Source of the DNA: Candidatus Jordarchaeales archaeon
GTDB lineage: Archaea; Asgardarchaeota; Jordiarchaeia; Jordiarchaeales; Freyrarchaeaceae
DNA length: 17,537 bases
Assembly: GCA_038858525.1 (NCBI GenBank)
Contig: JAWCFL010000033.1
Span: forward strand, 1-17,537
Direction of reading: 5' to 3'
The notes below the pieces were generated by a model. It did no database searches and had not been told where the DNA came from. It was given only the letters and a program-made list of their open reading frames with translations. This document shows, one piece after another, positions 1 to 6,507 of the stretch (positions are counted from its first letter, which is position 1; every line of letters starts with the position of its first letter). The translations under genes were made by a program, and so were the position numbers.

Positions 1-204
1 CCATAACCTCCTCCTTCACTACCTCCCTCATTTTCTCTCAACATTCTCCCTCCTTCGCATTTCCCCAACCAGGATCAATCATGATAATGAAGGGTCGTCG
101 CTTAAACCTTCCCGCCGAATAGGTGTGGAACAAAAACACACCAAACTAATGTAGCAGATACTACAACCGTAGCCACCACAACCACAACTAAAAACAGAAC
201 CACT

Positions 205-885
205 TTACTCATAATACTTACTTATTCTTTTAAACCCCGCCTTGGCGTATCTTCCCTCCCTCGTATCCTGGTCCGCTTTGTATGGTATCTTCCACGTTAC
301 ACCGAGCTTCCTGAGCTCCTCGCGGATCCTCATAACGTCATCCCTGTCGGTCCAGTCGTAAGTATAGACGCATATTACCCTGCTTCGGTCAGTGGCGCTT
401 GGTCTCGGCTTTGCCGTTGAAACCTTCGCAACATCGCCCAGCCTCCCCTCCTCCACGGCGCGCCGAACCCTCTCCCATAACTCGTCAACCTTCTCGGGAG
501 GAACAAATATAAGCCACTTACCGCTTCTCTTTGTCGCCTCAGGATACTTCCCCTTCTTCCTGCACGCGTAAAGCCAGTAGACCTCTGTAACCTCTGAGGG
601 CTTCGCGTCGCTCAAGGACTTCACGTATGCTTCCCCGCGATAATTATAAACCACGTAGTCATCCTCGTCACTCATCACCACCTTGTAGTCCCCCTCAGCG
701 ATTCGAAGCACCTCGACCACGCCGTCAAACTCAGGCGCCCTCCGCGCCCCCTCTGGAACCCGCCATCCCCCTCCACCCCCCCTTCCTTCTTCCTCTTCTT
801 CTTCCTCTTCTTCTTCCTCTTCTTCTTCCTCGCCCCTCGCTCTCAACTTCCACTTGCCCTTCCGCTTCATAGTTTCACCATTCAC
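205..885 (-). CDS. DUF1917 family (MTH1000/Bles03-like, eIF4E-like fold) protein with low-complexity N-terminal extension
   Basis: The C-terminal ~150 aa carry recognisable DUF1917 motifs: PSEVT..YW.YA, SGKWLIFV...VDELW, GRLGDVAKVST, VICVYTYD..D..DV..IRE.LRKLG, YKADQDT. Start uncertain: GTG 885 / ATG 870 (includes K/R-rich + E15 + G-rich tract) or ATG 675 (GGTGGTG just upstream; 156 aa core). Confidence 0.8.
   Translation of the reverse strand: MNGETMKRKGKWKLRARGEEEEEEEEEEEEEEEGRGGGGGWRVPEGARRAPEFDGVVEVLRIAEGDYKVVMSDEDDYVVYNYRGEAYVKSLSDAKPSEVTEVYWLYACRKKGKYPEATKRSGKWLIFVPPEKVDELWERVRRAVEEGRLGDVAKVSTAKPRPSATDRSRVICVYTYDWTDRDDVMRIREELRKLGVTWKIPYKADQDTREGRYAKAGFKRISKYYE
787..831. repeat. Perfect 12-bp tandem repeat (TTCTTCCTCTTC x3.75) encoding 15 consecutive Glu on the minus strand
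   Basis: Read directly: units at 787-798, 799-810, 811-822 and a partial unit at 823-831. Confidence 0.9.
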
Positions 886-910
886 ACTTCGCTCTCACCA
901 CATGTACGTC

Positions 911-924
911 TTTCTATATTTTCG
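911..924 (-). promoter_or_regulatory. Candidate BRE-TATA for the DUF1917 gene
   Basis: The minus strand reads CGAAAA-TATAGAAA, about 28 nt upstream of GTG 885; this spacing fits a near-leaderless transcript. Confidence 0.35.
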
Positions 925-1025
925 CCTTCTTCTTCCTCTACCTGTTCTTTCGAAGCGCATCAATCCCTACATTTCGGAGGGTAGTGATGAAAGTAGTGGT
1001 GAAACCATGAATAACGAGCTGACCA

Positions 1026-1515
1026 GTTTCAAGCCCTTATAGGTATTCTTGCAACGAACAGTGAGAAAGATGAAAGGTGTGTCGTTAAGCGGTTTCAAGC
1101 CCTTATAGGTATTCTTGCAACTCACTGAGGTGACAGGGGTTTCTAAAGAAAACTGGAGTTTCAAGCCCTTATAGGTATTCTTGCAACCTCCCATCATGGG
1201 AGGAAGTGATACGAATATATGAAGTTTCAAGCCCTTATAGGTATTCTTGCAACAAAGCTAGGCTCATCGCTCCAAAAAAACACTTACCTGTTTCAAGCCC
1301 TTATAGGTATTCTTGCAACATGAAGGATACCGCCGCCTTCTTCCTTTCGTTTCGCGTTTCAAGCCCTTATAGGTATTCTTGCAACCGGCGGGCGAGAAGC
1401 GAAGACGCATCAAACCCATATGTTTCAAGCCCCTATAGGTATTCTTGCAACTCCCCAAAAACCCCTCCCCCCGACGCCCAAGAAGGTTTCAAACCATTAT
1501 AGGTATTCTTGCAAC
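1026..1515 (-). CRISPR. CRISPR array A: 8 repeats of 30 bp, 7 spacers (36,36,36,36,36,36,34 bp)
   Basis: Repeat GTTTCAAGCCCTTATAGGTATTCTTGCAAC starts at 1026, 1092, 1158, 1224, 1290, 1356, 1422 (T12C) and 1486 (G8A, C11A). The reverse complement GTTGCAAGAATACCTATAAGGGCTTGAAAC ends in the canonical ...TTGAAAC 3' handle, hence the minus-strand call (inferred). Confidence 0.98.
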
Positions 1516-1542
1516 ACAAGCCAACTATTCCAAGTAGCCTCC

Positions 1543-1802
1543 CTTTCAATCCCCATGTTTGGGGACTATTTTTGCTTGTCCTTTTTGGGGGTTGTTGACG
1601 TGGGGAGGGGTGTGTTGTCTTTCAATCCCCATGTTTGGGGACTATTTTTGCTTGGTAACTCAACGACGTCAGCAAGTCTCATAAGATCGTACTTTCAATC
1701 CCCATGTTTGGGGACTATTTTTGTTAGCGTTTAACCGCGCAGCTGATGCCCATGCTGGGCGGCATCCTTTCAATCCCCATGCTTGGGGACTTTTTTTGTT
1801 AG
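1543..1802 (-). CRISPR. CRISPR array B: 4 repeats of 36 bp, 3 spacers (40,37,39 bp)
   Basis: Core CTTTCAATCCCCATGTTTGGGGACTATTTTTG + CTTG/CTTG/TTAG/TTAG starts at 1543, 1619, 1692 and 1767 (last has T16C, A26T). Internal stem TCCCCA-TGTT-TGGGGA. The reverse complement ends ...GGGG-ATTGAAAG, with the canonical 8-nt handle at the base of the hairpin. Confidence 0.93.
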
Positions 1803-2190
1803 GGTTTGTGTTTTTGTTTGTTTTTGTTTGTTTTTAAGTTTTTTTGTTTGTGTTTTGTGTGTTTTGCGGAGCGTTGTGTTTTTGGTGTTGGGTTTATATG
1901 GGTGTTCCGTTTTTGTTTGGGATGTTTTTTGTTTTTATTTTGTTTTTTGATGAGTTTTGTGGTTTTTCTTGGTGTTTTCAGTGTTGGGTAGATTGTTTTT
2001 TTGTTTTTACGTTAATTTTTATGTTGTTTTTTCATTTTTTCATTTTTTCTTTATTTTTTTGTTATTTTTGTTTGTTTTTTGCCTGTTTCTTCTTTTTTCT
2101 TTGTTTTTTCGTTTTCTTGTTTTTTTGGTTTCGCCGTTTCTTGCTTCGAGGGAGGGTGATGTTTCGTCTGGATATTTATGTTTTTCTGTT
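1803..2190. other. T/G low-complexity non-coding tract; probable leader/promoter region of the arrays (minus strand)
   Basis: About 390 bp of almost only T and G between the last B repeat and the promoter of the cas1 operon, on the side predicted to be leader from repeat polarity. ORFs across it are F/V/L/C compositional artefacts. Confidence 0.5.
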
Positions 2191-2205
2191 TTTGAAGTAT
2201 ATTTC

Positions 2206-2220
2206 CGAAAAGTATATATA
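2206..2220 (+). promoter_or_regulatory. BRE-TATA promoter of the DUF2797-cas1-cas2-cas4 operon
   Basis: CGAAAAG-TATATATA at 2206-2220; GAGGGG RBS at 2250-2255 and ATG at 2264 follow. Direct repeat AAGTATAT at 2195-2202 and 2210-2217. Confidence 0.6.
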
Positions 2221-2263
2221 TTGCGGATTTGATCTTTCTCGTGGTGGTTGAGGGGTGTTTGTT

Positions 2264-3163
2264 ATGATTAGGCGTGGTAGTTTGGTTGGGTCTGTTGGTG
2301 TTTGTGGTTTTGGGGATGTTGGTGATTGTTTTGTTGTGGTTGGGGGTTTTAGTTGGCGTCCTTTTCTTGATTTCTGGTTGCCTTTTGTTGATACTGTTTC
2401 GCTTGTTGATGGTGGGGTTGAGTGGGGTGGTTTTCCCGTTTTTGGTGAGCATTTTTTTGTTTTTGGTGGGGGGAGGCGTTGTGTGGGTTGTTTGGGTTCT
2501 GGTGTTGTTGATGGTGTTGGTCTTTGTGGGGGTTGTGCTTCTTCGGTTTGGGGGGCTAGGTGGATGTGTAGTGTTAGGGGTGCTGGTGTTCCTTTTGGTT
2601 CTTCGTCTTGTAGTTTGGATGATCCTGCGTGTGGGTTGAGGGGTGCTGCTGCTAGGTGTGGGGGTGAGCATTATGTTTACCTTGCGGGGTTTGGTTGGGT
2701 TTTGAAGGTTGGTGTTGTTGCCGCTGATAGGCGGGATGGTTTTGTTGCTCGCTTGTTGGAGCAGGGGGCTGATTGGGCTGCGGTTTTTTCTGGTGGGTTT
2801 ACGCTTCCTGAGGCTCAGCTTGTTGAGGGGGAGGTTTCTAGGGTTTTTGGTGTTGCCGACAGGGTTGGGCTTGATGAGAAGGTGGAGGTTTTCCGTTCGG
2901 GTGTTGTGTGTGACTGGGGTGGGGTTGCGGGGGAGGTTGCGGATTATTTTGGGCTTAGGCTTGTTGGTCGTTACGATTTTTCTGGTGTTTATGGTGCTTG
3001 TCCGGGGTTTGAGGTTGCTGGTGTTGTGCGTGGGCCGAGGGTGTTTGGGGGGAGGCTTGTCTACGCTAGGGGTAACGTTGCCTTCTTTGATGTGGGTGAG
3101 TGTGGTGTTTATGTTTTGGATTTATCGTCGCTTCGGGGTTTGCCGTTGCTGTGTGAGGTCTAG
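2264..3163 (+). CDS. DUF2797-like protein: Cys-rich putative Zn-binding region plus a GIY-YIG-like motif block
   Basis: RRCVGC...LCGGC...C...C...C followed by HYVYLA-x6-KVG...RLLEQGA, matching the pattern I recall for DUF2797 (PHxVYLA...KVG...RWIDQGA). ATG 2264 preferred over GTG 2255 on RBS spacing. The stop at 3163 is 3 bp from the cas1 start. Confidence 0.7.
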   Translation: MIRRGSLVGSVGVCGFGDVGDCFVVVGGFSWRPFLDFWLPFVDTVSLVDGGVEWGGFPVFGEHFFVFGGGRRCVGCLGSGVVDGVGLCGGCASSVWGARWMCSVRGAGVPFGSSSCSLDDPACGLRGAAARCGGEHYVYLAGFGWVLKVGVVAADRRDGFVARLLEQGADWAAVFSGGFTLPEAQLVEGEVSRVFGVADRVGLDEKVEVFRSGVVCDWGGVAGEVADYFGLRLVGRYDFSGVYGACPGFEVAGVVRGPRVFGGRLVYARGNVAFFDVGECGVYVLDLSSLRGLPLLCEV

Positions 3164-3166
3164 GGG

Positions 3167-4201
3167 GTGCCGGGTTTGATTCTTGAGGTTTCGACTCATG
3201 GGTGTAGGGTTGGGCGTAGGGGTAGGCTGGTTAGGGTTACGCTTAATGGTGAGGTTTTGAGTGAGGTCCCCGTCTCTAAGCTTAGTGAGGTTATTGTTTC
3301 GGGTAGAGTTTCGTTTTCGAGCGAGGCTGTTCAGCTTTTGGCTGAGAATGGTGTTCCTGTCCTTTTCATGTGTGGTTGGAGGCCTGTTGCTTTGCTTCAC
3401 GGGTTCTTTATGCATGGGACTGTTTTGACTAGGAGGGAGCAGATGGCTGCTTACGACGATGAAAGGGGTGTTCATTTGGCTAAGGGGTTTGTTAGGGGTG
3501 GGCTTGTGAATAAGGCTCAGCTTCTCCGCTACTTTGCGGCTAGTAGGGGTAGGAGTGATGGGGAGCTTGCTGGTGCTCTTGAGGCTGCCGCCTCAGAGAT
3601 TTTCGGGGTTGCTTGTGAGGTTGAGAGGGTTGAGGGTGGGAGTGTTGACGATGTGAGGTTTGAGGTTATGGGTTTGGAGGCTGAGGGGACTAGGGTTTAC
3701 TATGAGGCTTTGCGCCTGCTGCTCCCGGAGGGGGTTGGGTTTGAGAGGCGTGAGAGGAGGCCTCCTAGGGACCCTGTGAATGCCGCTTTGAGTTATGGCT
3801 ACACTATGCTTAACGGGAGGTGCCTGTCGGCTATCGCTGCCTGTGGCCTTGAGCCTTACGCCGGCTTTCTTCACGCTGACAGGTCTGGTAAGCCATCATT
3901 GATGCTTGACCTTTCGGAGGAGTTTAGGCAGCCCGCCGTTGATAGGGCTGTGGTTTCACTTTTCTCTAAGGGAGCTCTTGGAAGGGAGGATTTCGGCTTT
4001 GAGGAGGGCAGGGTTGTCCTTGGGGGGAAAGGTAAGGAGGTGCTGCTGAGGGCTTTGAACGAGAGGTTTAGGGGGGAGGTGAGGGTTGACGGGGGCTCTG
4101 CTCCCCTGGAGAACGTTATTTTCAGGCAGGCTAGGATGATAGCGCGCTACCTTCTGGGTAAGGCTCCGAAGTATGAGCCCTACGTTTTCACTTGGCATTA
4201 G
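3167..4201 (+). CDS. cas1: CRISPR-associated integrase Cas1
   Basis: GLEAEG...YY, RRERRPPRDPVNAALSYGY, GFLHADRSGKPSLMLDLSEEFRQ (catalytic E/H/E); 344 aa. Confidence 0.97.
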   Translation: MPGLILEVSTHGCRVGRRGRLVRVTLNGEVLSEVPVSKLSEVIVSGRVSFSSEAVQLLAENGVPVLFMCGWRPVALLHGFFMHGTVLTRREQMAAYDDERGVHLAKGFVRGGLVNKAQLLRYFAASRGRSDGELAGALEAAASEIFGVACEVERVEGGSVDDVRFEVMGLEAEGTRVYYEALRLLLPEGVGFERRERRPPRDPVNAALSYGYTMLNGRCLSAIAACGLEPYAGFLHADRSGKPSLMLDLSEEFRQPAVDRAVVSLFSKGALGREDFGFEEGRVVLGGKGKEVLLRALNERFRGEVRVDGGSAPLENVIFRQARMIARYLLGKAPKYEPYVFTWH

Positions 4202-4209
4202 GGGGGTTT

Positions 4210-4491
4210 GTGGTGTTCGTGGTTGTCTATGATATTACGGATGACAGGTTGAGGGAGCGTGTGGCTTTGACCTTGATGGAGTACGGGTTCATCAGGATGC
4301 AGAAGAGCGTCTTCGTTGGTGATGTTAGTAGGAATGTGGCTGAGATGCTGGCTATAGAGCTCAGGAGGCTGGTTGAGGGGAACCCTTGCGATGTGAGGAT
4401 TATCCCTGTTTGCATGAGGTGCTATGAGGACGTTATCATCGTTGCGAGGCTGGTGGAGGCGGCTGAGGCCGAGGAGGTGGTGGTGACTTGA
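4210..4491 (+). CDS. cas2: CRISPR-associated protein Cas2
   Basis: VVYDITDDRLRERVA...YGF.RMQKSVF.G; about 93 aa. GTG 4210 after a G-rich RBS is preferred to the track's TTG 4192. Confidence 0.95.
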   Translation: MVFVVVYDITDDRLRERVALTLMEYGFIRMQKSVFVGDVSRNVAEMLAIELRRLVEGNPCDVRIIPVCMRCYEDVIIVARLVEAAEAEEVVVT

Positions 4492-5039
4492 GCGTGTTCT
4501 TCACCGCTGAGGACGTGAGGCAGTACGCTTACTGCAAAAGGAAGGTCTATTTCAGGTATGTTTTGAGGGCTAGGGTTAAGCCGACGGTTAAGATGGAGCG
4601 TGGGAGGGAGGAGCACTTGAAGCTTGAGTCCAGAAGGAAGAGGAGTGGCGGGGCGTACTTCAGCATGTATCTCTTCTCAGAGAGGCTTGGGCTTGCGGGC
4701 GTAGTGGACTATCTCAAGTATGAGGGGGGTGAGGTTATCCCTGTCGAGGTTAAGTTTGGGAGGTGGGAGAGGGTATATTCAGGGCACTACCTTCAGCTTG
4801 CGGCGCACGCCCTCCTGTTGGAGGAGCACTTCGGATTGGATGTGGTGCGGGGGGTTATAGAGTATCCTGACGGAGAAGTGGTGAGGGAAGTGAAGATAAC
4901 TGAGAAAGTTAAGCTTAAGGTTATTGAGGTGTTGTCGAGGATCAGGAGAATTGTCCTTGAGGAGGAGGTGCCGCCGCCATCGCTGAACGCTTCGAAGTGT
5001 GAGGGGTGTGAAGCGTATAGGGTCTGTAGGGGGTGCTAG
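4488..5039 (+). CDS. cas4: CRISPR-associated nuclease Cas4
   Basis: QYAYCKRK, GREEH, GVVD...PVEVK (PD-(D/E)xK), QLAAHALLLE and C-terminal CxxCxxxxxC Fe-S ligands; TTGA overlap with the cas2 stop. Confidence 0.95.
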   Translation: MSVFFTAEDVRQYAYCKRKVYFRYVLRARVKPTVKMERGREEHLKLESRRKRSGGAYFSMYLFSERLGLAGVVDYLKYEGGEVIPVEVKFGRWERVYSGHYLQLAAHALLLEEHFGLDVVRGVIEYPDGEVVREVKITEKVKLKVIEVLSRIRRIVLEEEVPPPSLNASKCEGCEAYRVCRGC

Positions 5040-5090
5040 TTGAATTTGGGGTTTGATGTTCATTACAATGTTTTTGAGCAAAATTTCTTC

Positions 5091-5106
5091 AAAAAAATTT
5101 TTAAGG
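5091..5106 (+). promoter_or_regulatory. Candidate BRE-TATA of the interference operon
   Basis: A7-TTTTTAAG in the AT-rich gap after cas4; RBS GAGGTGGGG precedes ATG 5147. Confidence 0.5.
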
Positions 5107-5146
5107 ATAAAATCTGGAAATTTGATGTGTGGTGAGGTGGGGTTTT

Positions 5147-5500
5147 ATGGGTTCGCATGTCTCTCAGGAGCTTATTAAGGCTGTTAAGGACGACGCTGTG
5201 AAGCGTGTAGCTGAGTTATTCCATTATTTGGTTGTTCATTGTGAGGTTAAGCAGTATTATTACGAGTTGAAGTTTGTGCGTAGTGGGTCAAGGCTTCTTG
5301 AACTTATCGGGAAAGCTCTCAAGGACCTGGGTGTGATTGGAAGAGATGAGGAGCGTAGGAGGGAGATCGAGGAACTGCGTCTTCCTAGTAAGGAGGATGA
5401 GTCTATGGTTTTGGAGTATTACAGTTCGTTGGGGCTGGATTTTATCAGGGCTCTATCGGGGATGGTTGTTGCTAGTTGTCGGCTTTGCTATAAAGCATAG
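5147..5500 (+). CDS. csa5: Type I-A Cascade small subunit Csa5 (Cas11)
   Basis: About 117 aa helical protein directly upstream of cas7, with a Csa5-like LPSKED motif; the position matches the csa5-cas7-cas5-cas3'-cas3''-cas8a2 order of archaeal I-A loci. Confidence 0.75.
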   Translation: MGSHVSQELIKAVKDDAVKRVAELFHYLVVHCEVKQYYYELKFVRSGSRLLELIGKALKDLGVIGRDEERRREIEELRLPSKEDESMVLEYYSSLGLDFIRALSGMVVASCRLCYKA

Positions 5501-5513
5501 TGAGGTGAGATAG

Positions 5514-6506
5514 ATGTATGTTGGTGTGGCGGTTAAGGTTCTCTTGAATATGCATGACCTTAACAACGAGAGGGCTGAGGAGATAAGGAGGGTTCCAGTT
5601 ATTTATCGTGGAAAGGATGGTGGATGGACGGTTTTTGAGGAGGCTGTTGCGGTTAGCGGGCTCATGATCAAGCGGTGGCACTTTGCGAACATGGTTGAAC
5701 TGGGAGGTGAAGTGTGTTTCTGTGATTTGTGCAAGAACTTAGAGGCTATTCGTATACCTAGTGAGAAAAGCGGGAAGGCTCGTAGCGAGTTTGAAATAAT
5801 TAAGGATTGTGCCGGAGAGGACGTTCACGGTTTCCTGAGGGCGAACCCTGTTTTAAGAAGGGAGTCAATGGTGAAGTTTTCATGGATGCTGCCATTGTTT
5901 AACGATGAAGTTGTCGAGGCTTTTGGTCTACCTACACCATTCAGAGTCGTGCAGCATACCAGAAATATCCGTGAAATAACTGAGAACGCTGCTAAAAGGA
6001 TGAATGTAGATTTGGATGAGTTAAGAAGGTGGCAGATGCCTTATCCGAGATCTTATGCCGCAGGAGTTTACGGTTTTGTTTCACTACTTGACCTTAAGCA
6101 TATAGGCTACTCTTTCACTGATAAGAAGGAGATTAACGAGAAAGAGAGGAGGGAGCGCCGGAAGGTGGCTCTTCAGGCGTATATTCCATTGGTGACTGGT
6201 TCTTGCGGTGCGTCCTTGGCGAGGGCGTTGCCTGTGGCGGACGTTTTGGAGGTGGTAACCGTGCTGAGCGATAAGGTGATACCTGCCCCAATACATCCAA
6301 TTTACTCGGAGTACGTTGAGGAGAATGCTAGGCTTTATCATAGTGTGTCGAAGGCTATGAGGAGCAATGTGACGATGTATGTGTGGTCTAAGGAAAAAAG
6401 GTATAGTGAGGGGAAAAGTGACTCATTTGAGTTGAAAATGGTGGAGAAGGCCGCCGATGGGTTTAGCGAGATCATTGGGCTTCTAGAGAGGGTAGGAGAG
6501 GTATAA
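5514..6506 (+). CDS. cas7: Type I-A Cascade backbone Cas7 (Csa2/DevR family)
   Basis: LNMHDLNNE, IRRVPV, AVSGLMIKRWHF, CxxC, EDVHGFL, RRESMVKFSW; RBS GAGGTGA upstream. Confidence 0.93.
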   Translation: MYVGVAVKVLLNMHDLNNERAEEIRRVPVIYRGKDGGWTVFEEAVAVSGLMIKRWHFANMVELGGEVCFCDLCKNLEAIRIPSEKSGKARSEFEIIKDCAGEDVHGFLRANPVLRRESMVKFSWMLPLFNDEVVEAFGLPTPFRVVQHTRNIREITENAAKRMNVDLDELRRWQMPYPRSYAAGVYGFVSLLDLKHIGYSFTDKKEINEKERRERRKVALQAYIPLVTGSCGASLARALPVADVLEVVTVLSDKVIPAPIHPIYSEYVEENARLYHSVSKAMRSNVTMYVWSKEKRYSEGKSDSFELKMVEKAADGFSEIIGLLERVGEV

Positions 6507-6507
6507 G

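Noticed and set aside
1-112. Possible minus-strand gene start running off the left edge (TTTAAG box near 101-106, GGAGG motifs)
   Set aside because: Several candidate starts in different frames and fewer than 15 codons visible; cannot be supported.
1452-1618. Shared ACCCCTCCCC and CCCCAAAAA words between spacer A7 and the reverse complement of spacer B1
   Set aside because: The words occur in a different order and are homopolymer-rich; compositional rather than a common protospacer.
854-1734. ORFs 854..1042, 967..1230, 1206..1502, 1264..1458 and 1420..1734
   Set aside because: They run through the CRISPR arrays; the periodic peptides (VSSPYRYSCN, CKNTYKGLK) are translated repeats.
2264-3163. 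Adenine depletion as a sign of diversity-generating retroelement mutagenesis
   Set aside because: No reverse transcriptase or template/variable repeat pair; C is depleted too and the bias covers non-coding DNA and other loci.
1806-3179. ORFs 1806..1991, 1844..2251, 1957..2232, 2051..2671(-), 2274..2639 and 2709..3179
   Set aside because: Stop-codon-poor artefacts of the T/G bias (F/V/L/C-rich or T/N/K/P-rich); only the 2264..3163 frame carries family motifs and an RBS.
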